Shown here one piece after another: positions 14,245 to 28,700 of a stretch of DNA of 64,000 bases. A model generated the notes under the pieces. That model saw only the letters and a list, made by a program, of their open reading frames with translations, did no database searches and was not told the DNA's origin. Location of the stretch: the NCBI RefSeq assembly GCF_006345805.1, contig NC_042998.1:54126001-54190000 (forward strand). Reading direction: 5' to 3'. The position numbers and the translations under genes were made by a program. The DNA is from Octopus sinensis. Lineage: Eukaryota. The stretch's first letter is position 1; the number at the start of each line of letters is the position of its first letter.

Positions 14245-15352
14245 CATTGTACATGAATATTATTATCATGCAAGTAGTGTTCCTTTTTTACCTGTGAAGA
14301 CATGTTTGGCCACAGAAACCAAAGTAGACAATAGAACTCAACACAGCCCACTGACCTGTCAGATCTTGTCAAACTGTATAACTCATGCCAGCATGGAATA
14401 TGAATGCAAATGATGATGATGATAAAAATTATGAAGATAATGATGATAAAAATGATTATGATGATGGTGTACACTTTCCCCAAACTGTGGGTTTGTGTCA
14501 ATGTTAGAAAGCAACACTTACAATGGTACTAGTGCCAAACTGTATTGGCCATAAACTCATGGCCTTTCTCTTGGATAAAGATTTGTAGCATGGAGACATG
14601 CATGCTTGAGCAACTGCTTATCTTCCATAAAAACTTTTAGCCAAGCTTGCACATATGAGCAGGTGAATGGTCAGCATAATTAAAACACATAATTTGCTTT
14701 TTATTATTTCCAAGTCAATAAAAATATATGTTGGTAAGATATACTGAAGATAATATTTTTACTATGAGCTTGTATGTGCATTCTTTCTTGAAAACTAAAG
14801 GTCTGTGGCAATATTATAGAAAGCTATATTTTATTTTACAAAATATCTTGTTGATTTGTCAAAGCACTGTACACTACTTCTAAAAAATATAATTAAAGAG
14901 ATACAGCTATGATAAAAGCACATAGCAGTAGCAATAGCATAGATGGTGAGGATGGAACACTGCAGCTGAAATGACACCAATGAGAGAGACTAGATAATGG
15001 AAATATAATTTGGATGTAGATTCAATTATGAGATGAAGTACAGCTAACATCCAGTGAAAGTATTCAAGCTTTCATGTATCTTATATTTTTACCTCTCCGT
15101 AACAAACATATCTGTGCAATATTCAAGCTACATATAAATAGAGAATTCTATGTTTGTTCCTTCCTTCATATTATTAGATTTCAGCCTTAAGATAAGCATT
15201 CTCTACACGTTTTTCATTTTTCACTTATTTAAAAAAAAAAAAACAAAACAAAACAAATCTCCACTTTGCTTCAAGTGACAATGGTTGATGGAACGATAGT
15301 TTTGGAAGCTTTCAAACAATTATGATTAAACTATTTCCAAGCGATGCTAGCG

Positions 15353-15739
<387 letters not shown>

Positions 15740-17992
15740 GTATTTACTTGTCAAACTCAAGAAATTATCAATTTAGCAATAGATATCAATCTTAAGATTT
15801 TAGAATCACTGACAGCTTATTCTTCTCTTTAACAACTATTCATTACAAACACATTGAATATTTTCTATCACTACTCTAGCAATGATGCTATTTACAAGTT
15901 CAAAGTAATTATGTTTGCTCATGCTTTCACACCATAGTGAAGGAGATTTAAACAAAAATGCATCGCTGTTAATTTGCCTAACAATCTATATCAAATAAAG
16001 AACTAATTTACACATAGAATTAATAAAACAAAAAGAATTTCCTCATGTGGCATGGTGGTGGGTTAAGAACTTCATATTGCAACTATTATGTTTGCAGATT
16101 TGAACTCACTTCATGATACTTAAAGAAAAAAATCCCAGAGTCTCTGATTGATCATTGACCAACACCTCGTTAGTGCAATTTGATATACAGAAATTTTGCA
16201 GTATCACTTGAATACATCCACATACACACGTCACTTCTCTCTCACTCTCTCTTTCTTCTTTCTATCTACTGTGGTACAATTATTATTCTACTGTTTTTCA
16301 AACCTCTTTTTCTATTTTCACTCCACCATCTCCTCATGTACTATTAGTCACCCAACTGCCTTATCCACTATCCACTCCTCATACTTACCCATTTTCTACA
16401 GTTGTCACCTACTCTTCCCTACCTTTCCTACTAATCATCCTTCAACACCTGTTTTTCCTTATATACACCCCTCACCATCTCTCACTCTATCATTCACTCT
16501 TACAGCCTCTATCCAATCACACTTCCTGTTCCCCTGCCCCACTCAGTTGAAAAGGAACTAAGTCTTGAAAGCTGCATAGCAAACTCACTACCATTAGTGT
16601 CACAGAAAAAAAAATCACTCAATACACACTGTAAAGTGATTGGTGTTAGAAAGGGACATCCTGCAACAGAAAATATGTCAAAACATTGGAGCACAATGCA
16701 ATCTTTGATCCACTGGATCCTGTTGAAACCTCCAACTCATGTCAGCATAGAACATTGATGCTAAGTAATGATGATAAGTGTGTATATGTGTGCGTGTGTG
16801 TGCATGTGTGTGTGTGAATAGAGTGGAGATGCTGTTCAAATTATGCTATATATATTTCCATAGCATGGTTATTTAGTTGTTCATTAATGAATTACATGAT
16901 GATTACATAACCAGGCCATTTCATCAGGCACTTTGGACAACTGACAGGTAAAACTGATCTGTGAAAATTTTGCTTTAAATTCCATGAAAAGATATTTATA
17001 AAGAAGTTTTACTGATTGTGGGAAAAGATTAATTTACAATACAGTCAATCAGCTATCATTTTAAAAGTAATGATGTACCCAAGTGGACAAGGGTGTGGCT
17101 TTTATATTCCAACAGTAAACTAATAAATGTGTTATTGACCAAGAACCTTATAAATGATATATTGCAATAAATTATTTGGTTGTCACCTCACACAAGCAAG
17201 ACAACATCACAGTGTTGCCACAACCTTGAAGGCAAGTTTGACAGTGATGAAAATAAAAAAGCAAAACAATATTACATTCACAAGTAAAGGGAAGATGTCA
17301 TTTTATGTGTGTGCATGTATGTGTGTGTATAAAGTAGTTTTGTTATTTATCGGATCATCAAAAAAAAAAGTACTACAATCAGTGAGAGATAAATATCACA
17401 CAGGGTTTAAATTTCATATATACATATATTATATTTTATGCATATTTTTGTGGCCAGCAAATCAATGAAAATAGCCTTTAGTATTGAGTTTCATTTGATA
17501 TGCATCCTCTTTATGCCAAGTCAGACTTTGTGTCATTCATCCTGAACAAGATTGATAGAAAGAGTACTAGACAAAATCCTCGATATAATTGATGGAAGCC
17601 AGTGCAGGTGGTGTCAACATGTCTGCAGGCTTTAAGCAGAAAAAGAAAAAAAAGAGTAAAAAAAACAAAGCCACAAGCTATACTTTTATGTTATTATATA
17701 TATAATAAAAAAAAAAAAGAAATGATTGCTCAGATGACATTGTAAAGATCAAATTATAAAAATTCAGTATTTGATACTGCTGTGGTTGTTTAACTTATGT
17801 CAAGCCTGGTTGGTCTCAGCTGCCATCAAAGGCATTTCAGCCATTGCTTGTTTTGTATTTTTCTGTGCATAGAGGAATATATCATCTAATATGTTTAGTT
17901 CTTGTGATTTAAATGAGATTTGGGTGCTATTTCCAGCAGAATGGATGACCATAAAGAAGCTAACACCCTTTTTCTTTTTGTGTGTGTGTATG

Positions 17993-18035
<43 letters not shown>

Positions 18036-18057
18036 ACATATTTATTTATATATATAA

Positions 18058-18089
<32 letters not shown>

Positions 18090-18180
18090 CCAAAATATTT
18101 TGATTTTATTCATCTTCGAGGTGTGTGTATAATACCAGACTGACTTGGTGCTTCAAATTAAGTACCTAATTCAACACATA

Positions 18181-18211
<31 letters not shown>

Positions 18212-18549
18212 TGCGTCGCCTTACTGGCACTTGTGCTGGTGGCACATGAAACAAACATTTGAGCGAGGTCGTTGCCAGTGCCTCTGGACTGGTTCCTGTG
18301 CAGGTGGCACATAAAAAGCACCACTTGAGCATGGCCATTGCCAGTACCACCTGGTTGGTCCTTGTGCTGGTGGCACATAAAAGCACCTGCTACACTCTCA
18401 GAGTGGTTGGTGTTAGGAAGGGCATCCAGCTTAGAAACTCTGCCAGATCAGATTGGAGTCTGGTGCAGCAATCTGGTTTGCCAGACCTCAGTCAAATTGT
18501 CCAACCCATGGTAGCATGGAATGTGGTCATTAAATGATGATGATGAAGC

Positions 18550-18775
18550 TGACTTTTCCAAGCTGCTGTACCTTTGTAATCATTAGACTCATCCAACTCT
18601 TCCCAAATCCTCAGCACTGCCTTCAGATTGACACCCAAACACCAAAATGTTTGTATGGAGCTTCTAGTGCAAATGCCAAGTAGTACGGCATGTTGTTTCC
18701 AAATTTCTGGCAGAGTGAATTGTATCATGGTGTCTTTTTTTCTCACAGATGGTGCCCAACTGATCCTACTATACT
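18550..18775 (-). pseudogene. Decayed Tc1/mariner-superfamily transposase N-terminal (HTH) fragment
   Basis: MIQFTLPEIWKQHAVLLGI...CLGVNLKAVLRIWEELDESNDYKGTAA resembles recalled IS630/Tc1/mariner transposase N-termini. Truncated by another repeat. Confidence 0.55.
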
Positions 18776-18964
18776 GTGAAATCGACAAAATTCAAAACAA
18801 AAAATGCACATGCATGAAATTAAAAATATAAAATGATGACAATTTACCCATCGCACCCTGATTATATAACATTATATAAGATAATCCAAACATGAAAACA
18901 CAACAACGTGAGGACGTGGAACAAATATAGTATTATTGGACGTGGAACAAATATAGTATTATTT

Positions 18965-19237
18965 TTTTTTAAATCGTTGACACATCGTAGACATTTTTAG
19001 AGAGTTACTTCCCTTATATAATAGCGAAAAAAATGCATTAAAATGGAAAAAAATGATGGTAAATTTTTTTTTAAATCGTAGACTCATCGTAGACACGCGC
19101 TAATACCCAGAAGGGCTCGATATGAATCACGACTATAAGATACCCAGTTTTGGTTAAACTGCACCGCAAAATGTGGGAGTAGTTAGGAATCTAAATCGTA
19201 GGTGACAGACACACAACCTCTCTTTTATATATAAAAA
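18965..19237 (-). mobile_element. Helitron 5'-end fragment, same family as 5810-6030
   Basis: Near-identical block gcgctaatacccagaagggctcgatatgaatcacgactataagatacc...gacagacacacaacct. Confidence 0.8.
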
Positions 19238-22200
19238 TTTTCTTCTCTTTGTCAGAGTCAGTCAATTCAGTCAACAAAAGGGGAGAAGGGGTTTTTAAAT
19301 TTGAAAGTTTTCCATCTCACAGCTAGATCTCCTCCCTACCACATATGTGTATAAAAGAACAAAACAAGTAAACTCTAATTCATGGAAATTCTGGATAGGG
19401 TTACAGAAGTGGTAATATGCTTGTCTCATTTATTTTTTTTTTCTCCTGCAAAAATTCTGTAGAAATCTAATGCAATTCATAACATGGAAGTTAATAGGAA
19501 AATAGGTTTTGCATTGCAGAATTCTCCCAGCATATCAAAGCTTTCAGAAATGCAATCATGCCATAATGCAGAGGCATTGTTGCACATACACACACACACA
19601 CTTACACACTTACACACACACACATATTCCTTTGAAGTTAATGATTTACTCTGCTGCTATTCAGGGTTTCTTGCTATATGGAGTCATCTGAAAGATGGTA
19701 CAAAGTGAGAAACCCTGAGTAATAACAAAGAAAATCATTAGTCCCAAATAAACAAATAAAGTTTACAACATGTATTAAGTAGTCTTTGTTTTATTTTTAA
19801 ACATTTTGTCCTATTTGTAAACCATATGCACACACACACACACACTTCGAAATGTTTAGACATACAAACAAAAGAGAGAGGTACGGAATACATATATACA
19901 ATAAGTACAGGTGTGGCTGTGGAGTAAGAAGATTGCTTCTGAACCACATGGTTCAAGGTTCAGTCCCACTGAATATCACCTTGAGCAGGTTTCTCCTACC
20001 ATAGACCAAGCAAGGTATTGTGAGCAGATTTGATAGATGGAAACAGAAAGAAGCTCCTATTATATTTATATCTATTTATAAATACATAAATATGTGCGTG
20101 TATCTCTGTTTGTCCCCCATTATTGCTTGCCAACTGGTATTGGTGTGTTTATGTCTAAGTAACTTAGTGGTCTGGCAAAAGAGACCGAGAGAATAAGTAC
20201 CAGGATATTTTTAAAAAAGAAGTACTGGGGTCAATTTGTTTGACTAAAATTCTACAAGGCAGTGCTGCAGTATGGCCACAGTCTAATGATTGAAATAAAA
20301 TGTAAAAGGCAAACACTGAGTGTAATGATTTTTAGTCATATTGATACCCAAGAACTTTCATTGTTTAATGTCCACCTTCCATGCTAGCATGGGTGGGACA
20401 GTTTTACAAAAACTGGCCAGGCAGAAGCCTGCACCTGATTTCTGTGACCGTTTTGGCAGGATTTTTACAGCAGGATGCCCTTCCTAACACCAACCACTCA
20501 GCAGAGTGAATTTATGGCTGTTTGCATGGCACAAGCACTGGAAAGGTCAGTTGTGACAAGGTTTTTACTGCTGGACGCCCTTCCTAACACCAACCACTTT
20601 ATAGTGTGGACTAGGTGCTTTTAAGAGGCACCTGCACTGACAGAGTCACCAAGTACTTGCAAGACAGGAAAAAAAACAAAACAAATGCTTTCAAGGGAGG
20701 AAGGGGCATCGGAGGAGGTGATCTTGTATATTTTATTGATAGTATAGGAACTTTATTAACTAAGTCCACCTTAGCATAAAGGAGTGTTACTCAGGCTAAA
20801 AGAGTTTTTGCTTGATAGACTAAATTCAGTTCAGCCACCCCTCATGGATACACATAGACACACATAGATATAAACAGGGTCTATTAATATGTTAAGGTGT
20901 TATATTGTCAGGCTGAACTCAAAACAACAATTTTGAAGTGAGCTTCTTAACCACACAGCTATGCCAGTGTCCTCAATAGCTTAAACATTCAATATTTTTT
21001 CCAAAATTGAACCATTTTTAGAAATTGTTTTTCATTATTTATTCATAAAAATACTTAAATATCTGAATTTTTAATCAAATATTATAGTTAAGAAAAGTTA
21101 TTTGAATTACTTTAATATCTAATTTTTATAATTTTTCATAATTCTTTCTTTCATTTTTGCTAAAGTCTAAGAAATTCTTGCAGTAATTTCATTCAAAGTA
21201 AAACAGAAATGAAACAGTACATTGGAACTCATGATGTAAAGACAGAATGTAAAGACTAAGCATTTTGCCAGGCATGCTAATATTTCTGCCAGCTCACCAC
21301 CTTATGAAATCCTAATATTGCCCCCCAAAATGACCTAGACTGGTTGAAGAATTAAAGTCTTCATTTTTAATAAATAATATTTGCTTCAGTCAAAAACATT
21401 ATATGCTTTGGTGGACATGCAATGTAGAGTGTGCATCAACAACAAAGTACAAATGTTTAGAGAGATACACTGGGCATAAGAGGGATTAGATGTAGCATGC
21501 AAGAAAGAAGACTGCATGCATAAAGATGAGGACAGCTAAAGAGAAGTGCTGATCACTGAAGGTTTGATAGAGCCCATGGAAGGGGGAGACCTAGGAAGAC
21601 ATGAGACAAATTTGTGAAGGGTGATCTGAGGACTTCAAGAATCAGATGACAAAGAACTGGGATGACTGGAAATATACGGTACTTTGTAGATCATTACAGT
21701 GTAACTGAGATTCAGTATCACCTCATATATTCCATCATTACCTTCTTTCATCTCTGTCCTAACTACTCTCATCTTCATATAATGTGGGATAGCCAGGTAT
21801 CTTCTTTATAGCAAGGCACCTATGTTTGTCCCCTCTATCATATTTTAGCCATTCAACACCTAATATAAAGTCACCTATCCCTTTCAATTACTCCCTATAC
21901 CTAGTAGTGGGGGGGGGGTCCTTTTTCTCTTTTTCCCTGTTCTTTTTCTGCCCTGCAAATCATTTAGCAACATCACTAGTGCTGGTGCCACATAAAAAGC
22001 ACCCAATACACTCTGTAAAGTGGTTGGCATTAGGAAAGGCATCCAGCTAGATAAACCATGCTAAATCTGACGTTAGAACTTGGTTAGCCCAGTGACTCAC
22101 AAGATCCTGTCAAACCATCAAACTCATCTCAGCAGGCAAAATGGATGGTAAATGAAGATGATTATGATATATACACATATACACACACACTCATACTAAG

Positions 22201-23149
22201 GCAAGAATACATATATATATATATATGTAAAAAGCACACATGCTGGGGCCACGTAATTATACCTGTGCCAGTGTCATGTATGCACACCTGTGCTGTTACC
22301 ATGTAAAAAGCACACTCTGTGAAGTGGTTGGCATTAGGAAGGCATTTAGCTATATAGACCTGGCCAAGACAGACTGGAACCTGGTGCTGTGCTTCAGCTT
22401 GCCAGCTCTGGTCAAACTGTTCAACTTATGCCAGCATATAAGATGGATATTAAAGGATGATAACAGAATACATACAGACATATATAGACACACACAGACA
22501 AACACACAATATACATACCTACATGCATACAGATATAGACATGTATGTATGATGCACAGTGGCAGACTACTGTTTCTGCCAATCACAATAAACAGACATA
22601 CCTAATAATTTACAAATTTTCAGTGATTTCATTCGACTTTTACATGAAAACACACCAGCACATACATGAGAAGGTGTGCAGTTTTGAATGTGGACATTAT
22701 ATTTGCTTTTATGAATAGTATTATAGTTTTCACATCCATGTATGTATGTATATGTGTGTGTGCATGTATGTGTGTGTGTGTGAGTGTGAATGGATAGAAG
22801 GGTTTAATGAAATTTGCTCCTTGACACAAGATAAAAGGTAACTGGACAAATATATTTATCGATTCAAATAGAAAGAGTCCTGCAGCTAAATACTTGTATT
22901 CATCTAAATACAAGTCATTCACAACAGCAATAACATACTGACAGCATGTTTACAAAGTTCATTTTGTGCACACATACTTCTTATATATGATGAGGAGGAT
23001 TGTAATGTGTGTGTGTGTATTCATATATACATATACATACACAAAAGAACATACAGTCACATACATACACAATATGCCTTTTTAACACAAACTAAAATGA
23101 AAATTTGTTATTCACTTGACATTTCGCTGTTTAGTGTATATATATGTTT

Positions 23150-23150
23150 A

Positions 23151-23207
<57 letters not shown>

Positions 23208-23245
23208 TATAAAATATACATATATATAATATATACATATATATG

Positions 23246-23279
<34 letters not shown>

Positions 23280-23352
23280 TATACACACCATGATATACAT
23301 GTATGTAAGTATATATGCATGTGTGTGTGTATACACACACACAGACACACAC
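23150..23352. repeat. (AT)n/(AC)n microsatellite
   Basis: Directly visible. Confidence 0.95.
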
Positions 23353-24280
23353 ATATCCTTTTTCTTTATCTTTTGGTTGTGCACATCTGTAGTACATATA
23401 TGTGCACTTTCATAGTCTGCATATGTATGAAGGTGTGCATGTGGGGCGGGTGGGTGGGTGAACATATGCAGCTTTGAGAAAACGGAAGACGTTTCTTTCT
23501 ATTCCTTTTCATTCACCACAAGTAATGAAGTGAAAAATAAAGACGAGCGAAAGTGAATTGGAGAAATATTAATTTTCTCTAGAGCAAATACTACAATTTT
23601 TATGCAGATGATGGAATAATAATGATGATGATGATGATGATGCTGGTGATGATAATTTCGAAAAAAAAATCTAAATAGTAAAAGGAACTTCAATTTTCTG
23701 GTTGAAGAATTTGACAAAGCCATAAGGATGAGTTCTTATGACATATTGCGTTTCACAGATCAACTTTTTATAATATTATAGAAAAGCAGAAAAATATAGC
23801 ACAAAGGGTTCTTTATCTAAAATGTTAAAGGTTAAACTATACTCTGCTGGGATGATTAAATGAATTCAACAAATTTTGTTGCTTATTGTAAAGAATCTAA
23901 TAGCAAAGATGATATAAGAAGCTCTCTCACACATTCTATGTGAAAAGTAATATTAAAAATACCCACACACATATGAACAATGTATGTGTGTATAATATGC
24001 ATGTGCTTTCTGAGTGTTTTCTACCTTTTACTTGTTTCACTCATTAGACTGTGACCATGCTGGGGTACCACCTTGAAGAATTTTAGTCAAACCTTATTTT
24101 ATTGTCAATGTTTGCTGAACTGCTAAGTTACAGGGACATAAACACCCCAGCACCAGTTGCCAAGTAGTGGCAGGACACACACACACACATACATTCACTC
24201 TATAATATTTGGGTGTGCATGTTACTCCAGCCTAACAAGATGCCTCAAGTACGTAATTCAACTGAGTCTTAATTGTATTG

Positions 24281-24325
<45 letters not shown>

Positions 24326-24329
24326 ACGG

Positions 24330-24573
24330 GTTTCTTTCAGTTTCTTATTTCTTTATTGCCCACAAGGGGCTAAACATAGAGGGGACAAACAAGGACAAAG
24401 GGATTAAGTCGATTACATCGACCCCAGTGTGTAACTGGTACTTAATTTATTGACCCCGAAAGGATGAAAGGCAAAGTCGACCTTGGTGGAATTTGAACTC
24501 AGAACATAACGGCAGACAAAATACAGCTAAGCATTTTGCCCAGCATGCTAATGTTTCTGCCAGCTCGCCGCCT
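24330..24573 (-). mobile_element. Representative MetaSINE-like element (core gcctttcatcctttcggggtc.ataaa.taagtacc)
   Basis: Head AAGGCGGCGAGCTGGCAGAA and B box GAGTTCAAATTCC. Further copies near 10115, 11777, 13550, 28873, 38330, 50725, 57985, 59233 and 62958. Confidence 0.75.
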
Positions 24574-25229
24574 TTCAGTTTCAGTTTCTATCTACTAAAT
24601 CCACTCACAAGGCTTTGGTCAGCCTGAGGCTATAGTAGAAGACACTTGCCCAAGGTGCCATGTAGTGGGACTGAACCCAGAACCAAGTTGTTGAGAAGCA
24701 AATTTCTTACCACATAGCCATACCAGCACCTATGCATGTATATATTTGTCAAGTTAGTGTACAGTATTTTGTTTATATCTTAATAAAAAATATTTTAAGA
24801 TGTGTATATTTATTCTGTTTACCAGTTTAATGTTGAGTTGTGTTTACTTCTCTGATCACTCGTTTGCTTTGTACATATGGTATGTAACTGTGTGGTCAAG
24901 TGGTTAAGGTATTTGGCTCAGAATCATAAGGTTGTGAGTTCAATTCTTGGTGGCACACTGTGTCCTTGAGCAAGACACATTATTTCATATTTGCTCTAGT
25001 CCACTCAGCTGGCAAAAGTGAGTAGTACCCGTATTTCAGAAGGCCAACCTAGTCACATTCTTTGTCAAACTGACTCTCTCTCAGAACTATGCTTACGGTT
25101 CAGGTGTCTGTGGAGTGTTCAGCCACTTACACATTAATTTCAAGAGCAGGCTGTTCCATTGATTGGCTATACTGGAACCCTTGTTGTCATAATGAATGGA
25201 GTGTCAGTTGTAAATACAATAATCACTTG

Positions 25230-25710
25230 CCTAATCGCAGTTCACCTACAGCACATCATGGATTTTTCTGGTTAATATATGTAAATTTATATTGCGGACT
25301 CCACAGTATATCGTGGGTTTCTGTGGCCAATAGGTATTTATATTTTTCTAGATTTTAATTAAATCTGTGGTAAAATAAGCATTTTCACACCTAAATATTA
25401 TTAAATTAATAAATAAAAATACAGTACAGTGCTGCACTGTGCAACACATTAATTAAAATATATTAAGATATGTGGTGTACCAAAGATGAGTAAACAAAGG
25501 ATCGCACGTACAGCATGGAAAACGAAACTCGGGAGGCGAGTGTGTGGTGTTGTTTTGCATTTGTAATAGAATAAATATATACAAATTATAAAAATAATAG
25601 AAAAAAAATATTCAGTATAGTACTGTTTGTACTTTGTAGATTTTCACCTATTACGTTGGGGTTGAGGGTGGAGGTGGAACATAACTCATGCAATTGTCGA
25701 GGGATTACTA
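25230..25710. mobile_element. Degenerate pogo/Tigger-like non-autonomous element
   Basis: Right end cgagggattacta-ta and internal gattttcacctat motifs typical of Tigger-type ends. Confidence 0.4.
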
Positions 25711-28700
25711 TATGGGCATACAGTATCTGCCTGTACCAAGAGGAATATAGAATCAATAGTTAGCTAAGCTTCTGGTAACCCTGACAGTCAGTCTTCTTTA
25801 AAATTAATGAATGAAAGTGGAGAAAACGGTACTGTATTAATAAAGAATTAACCCTTTCATATTCATATTACTCTATCAAATGCAATGCTTAAATATTGGT
25901 GTACCATTCCAGAGTTTCATTGAGTCAGATCAGAGCTTCTCAACCATTTTCTACCTATGAACTCCTTTGATTCCTATTTTATTTGCATGGGCTCACATTG
26001 TTTTGAATTAATTTCCATAAAACTATAAAATGAATTCTGTTATATCTAGAGCTTTGTAACTTAGTAACTAAACAAAAGGAATACAACTATAACATAATCA
26101 ACAATTTCTCAGTAAATTTTCACCTGCATTATGAAACAAATATATACACAGAGGAGCCTTATACATAAAAATACTATCATTCATAAAAAAGCCTCATATA
26201 AAATAACTATCATGAAAAAGGAATACTTTGCCAGCTTTATCATGAAACATTCTTTCCAGACTCCAGTGATAAAGTTATGAATTTGTACAAATTCATCTAA
26301 AAATGAGGAAACTTTTTAAATTTATAAAAAAACTTCCTGTATAAATTGCATATTTGTTTTGGCATTCTTTCAAATGTAGAAGAGCACAATCCTCCTCAGG
26401 TCTGACCATTTCCAATGTCTTCTGAAGAGAGGGAGAGGGAGAGAGAGACACACACACAGAAAGAGAAAGGAAAAGAATCATTTCTAACACTGGATAGCTA
26501 TTTTATCTATCAACAACTCTGAAAGGATGGACAACAAAGTTAACCTTGGCAACATTTGAACTCAGAGTACACAGATAGCCAGAATGAATAACACATGGCA
26601 ATCTATTTAATGCTTGAACAAATCGGCCAATTTACTTTCTTATATTAGATGTCTTATGGGAACAAAACAGGTAAAATAAAAAATTCTTCAAAAACCATCA
26701 GAGAAAATAGAAAAGAAAAAATAACTAGTCCTCATGGTAAAATACGTATGCTTAGCTGAATATTCTAAGTACATTCCAGAAATATTAGTAGTATTTTTCT
26801 ATCCTTATGTTTGTCTGTCTCTGATATGCATACCAAAAAAATTAGTTGCCATGGTGGTTTCATTATGCCTGAATTTCATGGAAATACCAACAGATCATTT
26901 AGTTAGTTGATCTGTGATATTTTCCCTTTGTCTCTATAGAGTGGAAACATTAACGGGTGTTGAGTTAGTTAAATATTGAGTAGAAATGTTCATAAATTTT
27001 AAGTTATAAATTTTATGTTACATATAACGATATATTTGTATGTATATTTTATTATTCACTACATCCTACAGAGGCACATGTATTTTATTCAGTTAATCCC
27101 TTTCAATAAAGTTAGCAGCAAGCAATAAACTATAAAACTGAATATTTATTACCTGTGGGTTTCTGAAGGTGTGTATCAGTTATAAACGTAAAATAATTGG
27201 ATATTTGGGATCGCCACAAAAATAAAACAAAATCACTTTCTAAATAGAAGGGCATAAATAGCAGATGGCATTCGAATATAACAATAAAAGTATTCTGTTC
27301 CTTGGCATCTTATTGAAATTAGAGACAATTCCTTACGATGCTGTCTCCAAATTTAAGATTTCAATTCAACTGACTAACTACTGCCAGTCATCAGATTATC
27401 AGCCAAAATTTCAAATGGCAAAAATAAGCAACAAATGCTTGCAAAGTGATATTTATGGCCTTGTTATAACCCACAAATCGTTAATACTCTTGAGACACAT
27501 TATACGAACACTTTTATATACTATATGGCCAGATCATTAAATATGTTCACAAAGCTATTTCCCATCTAGTTACGAGAGAAAGAATTCCCAAGAAATTTTA
27601 AAGAAATTCTTCAAGATGAAGACTTTAGGCTTTATCTCTAAAGGCTTAAGAACTTCCATTATCTCTATAATTGTCATTCACTTTTTGCAAGTTATTGGTA
27701 AAAAAAATTGTCTATGTATATAAGATAAAAGATGATTTTTTTTTTGTATATAAGAGAACTAATTCACCTGCCAAAACTGGTGAGTATGAAACCTAGAAGA
27801 GTGTCTAGTCATTTTCTATGATCATACAACATTGAAAGCCTATTTATATGTATGTGTTCCACTTCAAATCATCATACACATTAGGAAATATATATCGACA
27901 CCCAACTTTTTTTTTCTTACTTCAATTGAATTGCTTTTCTTCAGTAAATGAAACTTTCTTGCAGAATCTTTTTGATCATAGTTGAAACTCATTGATCAAA
28001 CTCACATCCAGTCTTAATAGTCATTCTTTTAGGTTTCATCCCCACCAATTTTAGAAGGTGAATTAGTTGTCCAGTTATATAAAAAACAAAAAAATTATCT
28101 GTTATCTTGTATACATATACAATTTTTTTAATCATCAAAAACTTACAAGAAGTGAATGACAATTTTAGAGAAAATGGAAGTTCTTAAGCCTTTAGAGATA
28201 AAGCTTATAGGATTTGTCTTCAAAGGACTAGGAAAAAAACAAAATTTTTTCAGATGAAACTAAAACATTAATTGTCATTATTTAAAACTCAGTAAAAAAA
28301 AAATCTAAATCCTAAATGAGAAAAAGGAGGGATATATATTCTGAAGAGACTAGGTCTTCTTTCTAATACAAAAACGTTGGGTCATACTCTCAGCCTGGTC
28401 ATATTTTAAGGGTTAAATATTTACTAGCAAGCTTAACATCAATAATAAACTCATTTATCAATGGGAATACATAATTCTCTTGCAGCTGCAATGTACAGAA
28501 AGCTCTCAAACTATTTCAATTAAAGAACTGCCTGTCTTCTTATACACCTTAAAAGCCTTAAATGGAACCTCATTTAAAATTAAAGAAGCAATGATTAAAG
28601 AGGAAATGCTTAAGTTAGTTTCGTTTATCTGGTGAAAACTTAGTAGTTCAAATAACTGGAATAGAAACACTTTCAGCTAACAATACATGAACTGCTATCT